Shown in pieces: positions 26,701-35,083 of a stretch of 38,472 bases of DNA (within the stretch, counting starts at the first letter, position 1; each line of letters opens with the position of its first letter). Position numbers and translations under genes: made by a program. The stretch lies in contig SHMW01000035.1 of assembly GCA_008080735.1 (NCBI GenBank), forward strand, positions 1 to 38,472, read 5' to 3'. The stretch comes from Promethearchaeota archaeon. GTDB lineage: Archaea; Asgardarchaeota; Lokiarchaeia; Sigyniarchaeales; SOKP01. The notes beneath the pieces were generated by a model, which saw only the letters and a list, made by a program, of their open reading frames with translations, was not told where the DNA came from and ran no database searches.

Positions 26701-27783
26701 ATGACATTGAACGTGGGTGTTGTAGGTGCAAGTGGATTTGCAGGTGGTGAAACGGTTAGAATATTATCTCAACATCCAAAAGTAAATTTAAATTACATAA
26801 CATCAAGAAGATTAGTTGGGAAATATTTTCATTCTATTTATCCAAATCTTAGAAATCTTGTAGATTATCAGTTTGAGGAATATAAAGTAGAAACTGCTCA
26901 AGAGAAATGTGATGTGATTTTTCTCGCCACACCGCATGGCGTTTCACAAGATATGGTGTCTTCTCTATTAGAAGTAGGGTTAAAAGTTATTGATCTAAGC
27001 GCTGATTTTCGATTAAAAAACCCAATTATATATAAAAAATATTACAAAAAAGAGCATAGCCATCCGGAGTTATTTTCAGATGCTGTATACGGATTACCAG
27101 AGTTGCATCGGGATCAAATTAAGGACGCATATCTGGTTGCGGTTGCGGGTTGCCATGCTTCAAGCGCAATTTATGGGTTATTCCCCTTAATTAGAGAAGG
27201 CGTGATAGAGCGTTCTAATATAATTATTGATTCGAAGACTGGATCATCGGGTTCAGGAGCAAGCGTAAATGAATCCACTCACCATCCAATTAGAGCAAAC
27301 AGTATACGCCCTTATAAAATGACAGGACATCGTCATACCGCAGAAATTGAACAAGAGTTGAATTTGCAGATAAGTGATACCAAAATTAAAGAGCCAGAGG
27401 TAAAAGTAGGTTTTTCAGCTCACGCAGTTAATCTAGTTCGTGGGATTTTGTCAACTTCTCATGCGTTTATTGCGGAAGATGTAGAAGTAAGTAATAAGAT
27501 GTTATTTAAGACCTATCGAAAAGCTTTTAGAGGTGAGCCGTTTTTACGCTTAATAAATCAAAATACAGGTGTATTTCGACTACCTGACCCTAAAATTATT
27601 GCGGGTACAAATTATTGTGATGTAGGATTTGAATTAGACCATCATTTGAATCGTATTGTGGTATTATGTACTCTTGACAATCTAATTAAAGGTACTGCCG
27701 GTAACGCGATCCAATCTATGAATATTATGTCCCGATTTCCGGAAAATATGGGTCTAGAGTTTTCTGGTTATTTTCCGAGTTAG
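26701..27783 (+). CDS. argC: N-acetyl-gamma-glutamyl-phosphate reductase / LysY-type reductase
   Basis: GASGFAGGE, ATPHG, IDLSADFRL, YGLPEL, AGC (catalytic), SGSG, HRH..E, RGIL, DNL.KG.AG.A.Q.MN. Confidence 0.92.
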   Translation: MTLNVGVVGASGFAGGETVRILSQHPKVNLNYITSRRLVGKYFHSIYPNLRNLVDYQFEEYKVETAQEKCDVIFLATPHGVSQDMVSSLLEVGLKVIDLSADFRLKNPIIYKKYYKKEHSHPELFSDAVYGLPELHRDQIKDAYLVAVAGCHASSAIYGLFPLIREGVIERSNIIIDSKTGSSGSGASVNESTHHPIRANSIRPYKMTGHRHTAEIEQELNLQISDTKIKEPEVKVGFSAHAVNLVRGILSTSHAFIAEDVEVSNKMLFKTYRKAFRGEPFLRLINQNTGVFRLPDPKIIAGTNYCDVGFELDHHLNRIVVLCTLDNLIKGTAGNAIQSMNIMSRFPENMGLEFSGYFPS

Positions 27784-27889
27784 TGGGAATTTTAAATTTT
27801 TAATGCAAATATATTGGATTTATTAGAAAAGAACAGCTTTATAAACTAGTTCTGTTTCAAATATTATTTTCAATTAAGGTGATTTTAGT

Positions 27890-28693
27890 ATTTCTGGGTA
27901 TATTGGCAAAAGTATTAGATTAGAACGTATTATGAATAGGGAGAATAGAAGAACTATAATTATTCCCATGGATCATGGGCTTACTGTAGGCCCAATCAAA
28001 GGCATAGAAAAGGACCTTGGAGAAAAGGTGAATAAGATAGCATTAGGAGGTGCAAACGCAGTTCTGGGACATATTGGAATCCCGCTCTATGCTCACCGAG
28101 GATATGGCCCAGACATCGGATTAATTCTTCATCTTTCTGGGTCAACATCTATTAGTCCTTCAAAAAATTATAAAGTGTTGGTAAATACAGTGTTGGAGGC
28201 AGTAAAGGTTGGCGCGGATGGGGTTTCACTACATATAAATATTGGAACGAATTCGGATCCCGAAATGCTTGAGATTTTGGGAACAATTTCAAGAGAATGC
28301 AGAGAGTTCGGAATGCCCTTACTTGCGATGATGTATCCTCGAGGTGATAATATTCAAGATGAATACGCTGTAGAAGTGGTAAAAATTGCTGCGAGAGCGG
28401 CGGCAGAATTGGGTGCGGATATTGTCAAAACAAATTGGACTGGGGATCCTGATTCGTTTAAAGAAGTCGTAGATGGTTGTATGGCCCCAGTCATAATTGC
28501 TGGAGGTGAAAAGGGAGGGACCCGAGAGATTTTAGAAATTACTAAACAATCAATAGATGTTGGCGGGGCAGGAGTAGCATTTGGGAGAAATGTATTCCAA
28601 GCGGATAATCCTACAAATTTAGTGCGAGCGTTGTATCTTATCGTCCATAAGGATTATTCAGTCGATGAAGCTATGAGGGAAGCAGAATTATAG
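27890..28693 (+). CDS. DhnA-type class I aldolase / ADH synthase (AroA'-like)
   Basis: PMDHG, GAD.VS.H.N.G, AMMYPRG, ELGADIVKT, AGG, GRNVFQ. The conserved GKxIRLERI lies upstream of the ATG at 27932; start inferred at ATT 27890. Confidence 0.88.
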   Translation: MSGYIGKSIRLERIMNRENRRTIIIPMDHGLTVGPIKGIEKDLGEKVNKIALGGANAVLGHIGIPLYAHRGYGPDIGLILHLSGSTSISPSKNYKVLVNTVLEAVKVGADGVSLHINIGTNSDPEMLEILGTISRECREFGMPLLAMMYPRGDNIQDEYAVEVVKIAARAAAELGADIVKTNWTGDPDSFKEVVDGCMAPVIIAGGEKGGTREILEITKQSIDVGGAGVAFGRNVFQADNPTNLVRALYLIVHKDYSVDEAMREAEL

Positions 28694-28731
28694 GAATATT
28701 TCTACTTTACATTAGAAGGGAAATTACAATC

Positions 28732-29109
28732 ATGAAACTAATTCTTGATAAATCTTTTCAAGTTGATAAATTAAAACTTTACTTAAAGCTATTTAAACTT
28801 CACAAAAGTTATTTAGCATTCTTATCAGATCAGAAGGAGATGGGGATAGGAGATGTGACTTTAGGGAGTCCTCAGAGGATAAAGGGGGTTAAATCTACTT
28901 CATCTACATATCATTTATTTGGAATTCAACAGAAGTTACTGAGCTCTGTTATAACTAAGAGGATGACAAATTTCTTAGATATGCCCGTTCTATTGCTCTT
29001 ATTTATCAAGGAAAAGGTCGAGGAAAATGAAATAGCTAGACCTATAGTCGATTTTATCAACGAAAATTTGAAAGATTTAAGAGAATCTGAGGAGCTTTTG
29101 GATTATTAA
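28732..29109 (+). CDS. Putative PAC4/PAC3-fold proteasome assembly chaperone
   Basis: 125 aa; beta-strand pattern followed by S...LFG.....S..I..R......PVL, resembling PSMG4 by eye. Confidence 0.55.
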   Translation: MKLILDKSFQVDKLKLYLKLFKLHKSYLAFLSDQKEMGIGDVTLGSPQRIKGVKSTSSTYHLFGIQQKLLSSVITKRMTNFLDMPVLLLLFIKEKVEENEIARPIVDFINENLKDLRESEELLDY

Positions 29110-29115
29110 AAAAAA

Positions 29116-29261
29116 TGCAGAGAGAGGGATGTGCTCTTATGGGACATTGTATTCCCACAACTTGAACCCCCGTACTCCTATGAGAATGGATCTTGAGTCC
29201 ATCACCGGTAATCCATACATTAAAATTTAAATGTATATTGACCGGGCTTGGTTATCTCTGC
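29116..29261 (-). tRNA. tRNA-Leu(CAA) with two introns: D-loop 21/22 (29208-29237) and T-loop 58/59 (29131-29161); CCA not encoded
   Basis: GCAGAGA/UCUCUGC+A acceptor, AUGGA-CUCAAGA-UCCAU anticodon arm, long variable arm, GGGGG-UUCAA|AU-CCCUC T-arm. Confidence 0.92.
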
Positions 29262-29280
29262 ATTTTATTAAAAAAATATA

Positions 29281-29508
29281 TTACATAAAGACAAACATAA
29301 GGACAAACATAACAACCATCATTCCAACGAGAAAGACGATTTGATATCTACTTTGCTTTTTTTGTTTCTTCTGTTTTTGTAAATACGAGTCTCTACAGTT
29401 TTGGCTGCAAAACTTTCTTTCTGGAGCCATAGCTTTTCCGCATACAGGACAATGCTGATGTGGACCCCATTTTTTTTGGATCTGGTTTTTCCATGAAGAG
29501 TGTGACAT
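29281..29508 (-). CDS. DUF2116 Zn-ribbon protein with C-terminal TM helix
   Basis: H.HCPVCG...FCS..C, basic helix, hydrophobic extreme C-terminus. Confidence 0.85.
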   Translation of the reverse strand: MSHSSWKNQIQKKWGPHQHCPVCGKAMAPERKFCSQNCRDSYLQKQKKQKKQSRYQIVFLVGMMVVMFVLMFVFM

Positions 29509-29584
29509 TTTAGTTTTTATTGAATTGTTCTATTATATTATATTGGATAATCTTCATTATTAAAAAAAATTTATTAAAAATAAG

Positions 29585-30295
29585 TTAACCCGATATGAGA
29601 GTCCCTATTCTTTTTACCTTACCTTCCCAGAAATCCTTAAACTTACTTAAATCCTTTCCTGAACCAACATGTACTTTTATATTACTCCTTTTTAAAATTT
29701 GTAATGAAACAGCGTCAAAAATTCTATACTCTCCTGCGGATGCTTGAGTTTCATCTGTTTCCTTGAATATAATACTTGATAATTCCGTTTTATTTATATT
29801 TTCTAGAAGTTTTGCGTCTTTAAATTGATTAGGATCCTTATTATAGATTCCTTCAACGTCCGTTAATATAATTACTTGTTCTGCTTGAATATATTCAGCA
29901 ATTTCTAATGCCACTGATGTGGTACTTTGACCAGGTTGAAGACCACCCATTATAATTATGCGATGAGATAGATGCGCTACAGAAAAAGCTTCAATCGTTT
30001 TCGGGATCAAAGGATAAGCAAGATCCTTTAAATATGAAACAAACAACTGTGCATTAATTCGAGAGACTTGTATCCCTAAAAGATCTGCTAAAGATTCATT
30101 TTTTGTGTGCTTTCTGATAAATTCAATATATTCTCTGGCGATCATCCCTCCGCCAACAACAATTACAATTGAATCATAAGATTCTTTATTTTTTATTACA
30201 TTACAGAGTTCTTCAACTTTTTGGGAATCGATTTCCATAGTTCTACGGAAAAGAAGAGAACCCCCAATTTTAATTACAATATTCTTTTTATCCAT
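29585..30295 (-). CDS. pyrH: Uridylate kinase (archaeal type)
   Basis: KIGGS, VGGG..AR.YI, D.LGI..SR.NA, GG..PGQST, TDVEGIY..DP. Confidence 0.93.
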   Translation of the reverse strand: MDKKNIVIKIGGSLLFRRTMEIDSQKVEELCNVIKNKESYDSIVIVVGGGMIAREYIEFIRKHTKNESLADLLGIQVSRINAQLFVSYLKDLAYPLIPKTIEAFSVAHLSHRIIIMGGLQPGQSTTSVALEIAEYIQAEQVIILTDVEGIYNKDPNQFKDAKLLENINKTELSSIIFKETDETQASAGEYRIFDAVSLQILKRSNIKVHVGSGKDLSKFKDFWEGKVKRIGTLISG

Positions 30296-30366
30296 AAGGA
30301 TACTTAATTTTAAATTGATTTTTCTTTTTATTATAATATCTTATTTAATCAAACTTATTAAAATAT

Positions 30367-31323
30367 ATGAGTGAAAGGAAGAAAATCATCATCAAAGTCC
30401 CACACCGAATTACGGGATTTTTTGAAATTCTTGACACTAAAAATGGGATTAAACTAGAAAATCCAGAGAAAATTGGTTCGAGAGGTGCTGGATTTACATT
30501 GAGTGCGATGGGGACGACAAAAATTATTTCAGAACGAATTGGGAAAAAGAATAGAGATCCTTCTAGCTGCGAAATATATATCAATGGTTCTCAAGTTAAT
30601 AAGGAGGCAGAAACTACATATTATATTTTTGATTATCTGAAAAGCTTTCTTCCAAAACCTTATTTTATAAAAATCGTTCACAATTTTGATCTTCCAGTTG
30701 GATGTGGATATGGGGCCAGTGGCTCGGGGGCTTTAGGAACAATATATGGATTAAATCATTTATTCGGCCTAAAGCTTTCTGATTTTGAGTGTGGTAGAAT
30801 CGCGCATATTGCAGAGGTTATTAATAAGACAGGGTTAGGCACCGTATGCGGTCAACTCTCTGCGGGACTAGGTATTGTTGCAGCACCTGGATATCCTTGT
30901 AAATATGAATATATCAAATTTCCAAAAAATATTCACGTAATTTGTACTTCCTTTGGCGAGATTTCCACAAAGGAATTCCTATCAAACCAATCACTTCATG
31001 CGATAGTTAATGAACCAGGTAGGGAGGCTTTAAGAAAGCTAAAAATAGATCCCGACATCAAAAATTTTATGAGGCTCTCATGGAATTTCGTAAAAGAAAC
31101 AAAGATTTTGGAAATTCTTCATTTATTTAAGATTAGAGATCTTCTTGAAGATTTAAACAAAAAACAGATAATTGGTGCAAGTTTAAACCAATTGGGAAAA
31201 TCAATCTTTGCTATTTGTAAGAAAAAAAGAGTTGATGAGATTAAAGAAATTCTTGAATCTTATCAAACGGTGAACAAGATATATTGTTTGAAAATAGAAG
31301 AAAAAGGTTTAAGAATATTATAG
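30367..31323 (+). CDS. pok: Pantoate kinase (GHMP family)
   Basis: P..ITGFF, GS.GAG, LPVGCGYGASG, AH.AEV...TGLG.V, APG. Confidence 0.9.
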   Translation: MSERKKIIIKVPHRITGFFEILDTKNGIKLENPEKIGSRGAGFTLSAMGTTKIISERIGKKNRDPSSCEIYINGSQVNKEAETTYYIFDYLKSFLPKPYFIKIVHNFDLPVGCGYGASGSGALGTIYGLNHLFGLKLSDFECGRIAHIAEVINKTGLGTVCGQLSAGLGIVAAPGYPCKYEYIKFPKNIHVICTSFGEISTKEFLSNQSLHAIVNEPGREALRKLKIDPDIKNFMRLSWNFVKETKILEILHLFKIRDLLEDLNKKQIIGASLNQLGKSIFAICKKKRVDEIKEILESYQTVNKIYCLKIEEKGLRIL

Positions 31324-31328
31324 GTCTT

Positions 31329-32132
31329 TTATTCTTTCATTGACTTTGACTTTAATGTGGCTGCTTCCACAGCAGAGATTAATGATGACCTAAGCCTAGA
31401 AAGTTCCAGTTGATGCAGAGCAGTAATTGTAGTTCCGCCAGGGCTTGCTACTTTATCTTTGAGAAGTGCGGGGTGTTCATTAGTTTCCAACACCATCTTA
31501 GCCGCCCCTAATACAGTTTTTGCCGCAAGTTTTATCGAAATATCGCGGGGCAAACCCATTTTCACACCACCGTCAGCTAAGGCCTCAATAATCATGAAAA
31601 CATAAGCGGGGCCACTTCCAGAGAGCCCTGTAACCGCATCCATGAGTTTCTCATCTAATTCGACAACCAGGCTTACTTCTCTAAACACATTTTTAATGAA
31701 ATCAAGATCTTTTTGATTAACATATTTATTATGACTAATAGCTGTGGCACCTTCTTCTATTAAGGCGGGAGTGTTAGGCATTACTCGAATTATTCCAATT
31801 TCTTTATTTATTTTTTTCATAATATGTTTCATAGAAACTCCTGCTGCGATAGAGATAATAATTTGATTATTTCTAATATTCATAAATTGATCTAAAATAT
31901 CATCAATAACTTGAGGCAGAACAGCGCATAATATATATTTAGAAGTGGTTATTAAATTGACATTATTTTTTGCTTCTTTCACATTATATTGATCGGAAAT
32001 TTCTTGCCGTTTTTTCTCATCAATATCATATATGATAATTTGTTGATTATCTATTGTCTTTAAAGCGGCTTTTAATAGGGTGCTGCCCATTTTTCCAATA
32101 CCTATGATTCCTAACAGGTTTTCAAATTCCAT
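31329..32132 (-). CDS. proC: Pyrroline-5-carboxylate reductase
   Basis: G.GKMG, SIAAG, RVMPNTP, GLSGSGPAY, ASPGGTT. The second ATG (32132) is preferred to avoid an overlap. Confidence 0.95.
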   Translation of the reverse strand: MEFENLLGIIGIGKMGSTLLKAALKTIDNQQIIIYDIDEKKRQEISDQYNVKEAKNNVNLITTSKYILCAVLPQVIDDILDQFMNIRNNQIIISIAAGVSMKHIMKKINKEIGIIRVMPNTPALIEEGATAISHNKYVNQKDLDFIKNVFREVSLVVELDEKLMDAVTGLSGSGPAYVFMIIEALADGGVKMGLPRDISIKLAAKTVLGAAKMVLETNEHPALLKDKVASPGGTTITALHQLELSRLRSSLISAVEAATLKSKSMKE

Positions 32133-32157
32133 GATAAGGCTTCTTTTTTTATTTTTT

Positions 32158-32691
32158 TTAATATAATGCAAATGAATCTAATCTAATAATTTGACAGTCT
32201 CGAATTCCAAAATCTTCCCATAGATGAATTTCTAAGACGATTCTATTGTCTTTTTTACCTTTTTGTCTAAACTTGAGACCAAGAAATTCGTTATTTAGAA
32301 AAAAGGAAATCCCTTTCTTATATTTATTCGGTAATTTTACATAAACGGTAGCATATCCGCGATTTTTCGTGATCATAATGAATGTATTAACCAATCTCTT
32401 CCCAATTCCGCTATTCCGATAATTTGGATTTACATATAATAAATGAAGGCATATACTAGGGAGAATTTTTTCCAAAGAGTCTATTCTTTTACTTTTGTCT
32501 TCTGCTACTAAGATAGCCGCTAAAATATTTTCATAATAGGCAACTAAGATGAAGTATTGTTGATTTAAAAATTTCGATTTGAAATTATCTATTAAGTCAA
32601 TAAATTCTTTTGCGCACAAATTCAAGTCGAAAAAGTTTTCTTTTTCGGCAATCTTTATTGTAATTTTTCTGAAATTGCTTTGATTTTCCAT
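32158..32691 (-). CDS. GNAT family acetyltransferase
   Basis: LYVNPNYRNSGIGKRLV motif A; FF...F end motif. Confidence 0.8.
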   Translation of the reverse strand: MENQSNFRKITIKIAEKENFFDLNLCAKEFIDLIDNFKSKFLNQQYFILVAYYENILAAILVAEDKSKRIDSLEKILPSICLHLLYVNPNYRNSGIGKRLVNTFIMITKNRGYATVYVKLPNKYKKGISFFLNNEFLGLKFRQKGKKDNRIVLEIHLWEDFGIRDCQIIRLDSFALY

Positions 32692-32693
32692 CT

Positions 32694-33428
32694 TTATGGA
32701 GCAATAAGTTCCTTTTTCAATTTTGTAATAAGGTCATATTTTATCATACCTCTATTCCGATCAAACCCTTCACAGACAGCACTCCTTACTCCGATTATGT
32801 CAGGATGAATTTTTTTTATTTTATTCATATCACCAATTTGTAATTTTCCGGCTAAAGCTACCTCCAGATTATATTTCTGGGCTAGATTTTTGAATTTATG
32901 TAAGTCATCTATATTAAGAAAGTCAAAAATATTTTTTCCATCCTTGATAAATGTATCCAACATAGCAATATCGGCACCCGATTTTGCTGCGATTAGAGGT
33001 ATTTTAAGAAAGTGCAGTCCATTATCCATTCTCGAAAAATCAGCATATCCTGCGGTTACAACTCTGACATTTTGATTATAGGTTTTAGTTGCTTTAACTA
33101 CTTTTTCCATTAAAAATCTACCCTCTTCTTCAGTTTTTGGTCCTTTTAATCCTACTTTTATAATATCTGCCCCAGAACATACAGCTCCAAGGGCTGCTAA
33201 TGAGGCACTACCTGGTAGATTAGGAAAGTCCCCTATAGTTGCACTTAATTTTTGTCCATTATTGCGCGGAATGATTTTTTTCATCTCCTTAATGATCCAA
33301 GGAAAATTTGCTCCAAGTGACCCCTCGTCTGGATTTTTGCAATCCACGTAATCTGCTCCAGCATCCACACAGATTTTAGCTTCGGTGATATTCTTTGGAC
33401 TGATAAGTAATTTGATATTATTATGCAT
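32694..33428 (-). CDS. mfnB: (5-formylfuran-3-yl)methyl phosphate synthase (methanofuran biosynthesis)
   Basis: LLISP...EA, D.KNP.EGSLGANFPW, SAT.GD, KVG, GYAD, MLDT..KDG, ALAG, GVRSAVC..DR. Confidence 0.92.
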   Translation of the reverse strand: MHNNIKLLISPKNITEAKICVDAGADYVDCKNPDEGSLGANFPWIIKEMKKIIPRNNGQKLSATIGDFPNLPGSASLAALGAVCSGADIIKVGLKGPKTEEEGRFLMEKVVKATKTYNQNVRVVTAGYADFSRMDNGLHFLKIPLIAAKSGADIAMLDTFIKDGKNIFDFLNIDDLHKFKNLAQKYNLEVALAGKLQIGDMNKIKKIHPDIIGVRSAVCEGFDRNRGMIKYDLITKLKKELIAP

Positions 33429-33658
33429 GACCTATCATTGTTGTAAATAAATGGAATGTTAATAAATTTTTTGCGAAGCTACCTAATATCGTGGAAATAA
33501 GTATTTTTTTAATCTGATTCTATGTATTACTTTGTACGGAAGAAGAATCACATTCTACGATATTTAACAAAATACTATAATATTGCAATCCTTTTAGAAA
33601 TTTTAAAAAATTTAAATTGGATCATTTTTATTATATACAAAAATTAAACAGTAAAAAA

Positions 33659-34186
33659 ATGTCTCCTAAAGAAGAAACGAAAATTGATATCACTCAAGAA
33701 GTTTTCAAAGAACCGATTGAAGTAATTAAGCAGTTGACTGCGAATGTAAATATTGAGTATACCAAAGTTATACAAACTTATGTGTTGGAAAATAGAATTT
33801 TAGAATTGATACTATTAAAAAATGGATCATCCTATTTCAAGGGAAAGGTGGTTTGGATTGGAAATCGTAAAGATGACTCACAAGGTACAGTATTTTGTGT
33901 TGATACTAAAACAGAACTTAAAAAGATAAACCCAACTGCTGAAAATACTGAAGAGATTATATTAGATAGTAAGAAAGAAACAATTCTAATCTCTACAGAA
34001 TCAAAAGCAAAATGCTCGGTATGTGGAAAAGATATTGAGATTTTTGATGAAGTGATGGGATGTCCTTTATGTGAAGCAAAAGCTCATAAAGAGCATATAC
34101 TAGATTGGATAAAAATGAAACATAATTGCCCAGTTTGCAAAAAATCTTTAGATATCTCCAGCACTGGACAGATAATCGTCGATTAA
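33659..34186 (+). CDS. Protein with a C-terminal RING-like domain (putative E3 ligase)
   Basis: CSVC-x12-CPLC-x4-H-x2-H-x3-W-x6-CPVC. The ATG at 33659 is preferred over the TTG at 33617. Confidence 0.8.
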   Translation: MSPKEETKIDITQEVFKEPIEVIKQLTANVNIEYTKVIQTYVLENRILELILLKNGSSYFKGKVVWIGNRKDDSQGTVFCVDTKTELKKINPTAENTEEIILDSKKETILISTESKAKCSVCGKDIEIFDEVMGCPLCEAKAHKEHILDWIKMKHNCPVCKKSLDISSTGQIIVD

Positions 34187-34189
34187 ATC

Positions 34190-34918
34190 CTATAAAATCA
34201 AATCTTCATGATCTATAGTCCCATCATATAATGCAGTTCCAATAAGAACGCCCGCATAGTTAGCTTTTTGATACGTTTTAATATCATTTAAATTCTTTAT
34301 ACCTCCCCCTACTAAGACTTTACCTGTAAATGTTTTTTTAATTTTTTCATATAATTTTGGAATACCACCCATTTTCTGCCCTACTCTGAACAAATCTAAC
34401 AGAATAATCTCAAATACTCCAACATTATTTAATTTTTCAATTACTTCTATAGGATCTAAATTATTGAGAGATTTACAATTTGATATGATTTTCTTTCGAT
34501 ACATATCGACACTTATTATAATCTTATTTTTTGGTAAGAAGGAAAAACAATTAGAGATCACATCCAAATTATAGACAGTTTCAAGACCAATGATTAGTTT
34601 ATTTATTCTTATATCTAAGTAGGTATTAATCTCTTTCTCACTCCTTATACCGGGATCTAAATAAATACTAACATCACTAATAGAAGTTATCTCTTCCAAT
34701 AGTGTTATATTTGGGTTTTTTTTGGTTATTGCATCTAAATCGGCAAGATAGATGCATTTAAAACCCAGAGAACTTAGTTTCTTAACTATTAGTACAGGAT
34801 CTGTAGTATTTAAAAGAGGAGATTCTAGTGGACGATATTTATTTCTTTCTCCCTTTTTAGCATGAACTGCTTTTGAATTTAGGATATCAATCACAGGTAT
34901 AATTTTAAAATCAGACAT
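34190..34918 (-). CDS. HisA/HisF-related TIM-barrel protein (C1-cofactor-associated type)
   Basis: IPVID....AVHA..G.R..Y.P, YLADLDAI, LDL.RVG...G, GGGI, GTALY.G. Confidence 0.82.
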   Translation of the reverse strand: MSDFKIIPVIDILNSKAVHAKKGERNKYRPLESPLLNTTDPVLIVKKLSSLGFKCIYLADLDAITKKNPNITLLEEITSISDVSIYLDPGIRSEKEINTYLDIRINKLIIGLETVYNLDVISNCFSFLPKNKIIISVDMYRKKIISNCKSLNNLDPIEVIEKLNNVGVFEIILLDLFRVGQKMGGIPKLYEKIKKTFTGKVLVGGGIKNLNDIKTYQKANYAGVLIGTALYDGTIDHEDLIL

Positions 34919-35083
34919 GATTAATTTAAAGAAGAAAAAGTCCTAATAAATTTAATAGTTGATAAATCATTTAATCAGAAGAGCTTAATTGTTTATAAGT
35001 TTATTAGGATAATTAATAACCTAATAAATGTATTTTTAAAGGATATTAAATACTATTTTTTTTATAAAAAACAGTGAAAAAGA

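Noticed and set aside
34190-34918. Histidine biosynthesis hisA
   Set aside because: The AVHA..G.R..Y.P and YLADLDAI motifs fit the HisA-related family, and no his genes are nearby.
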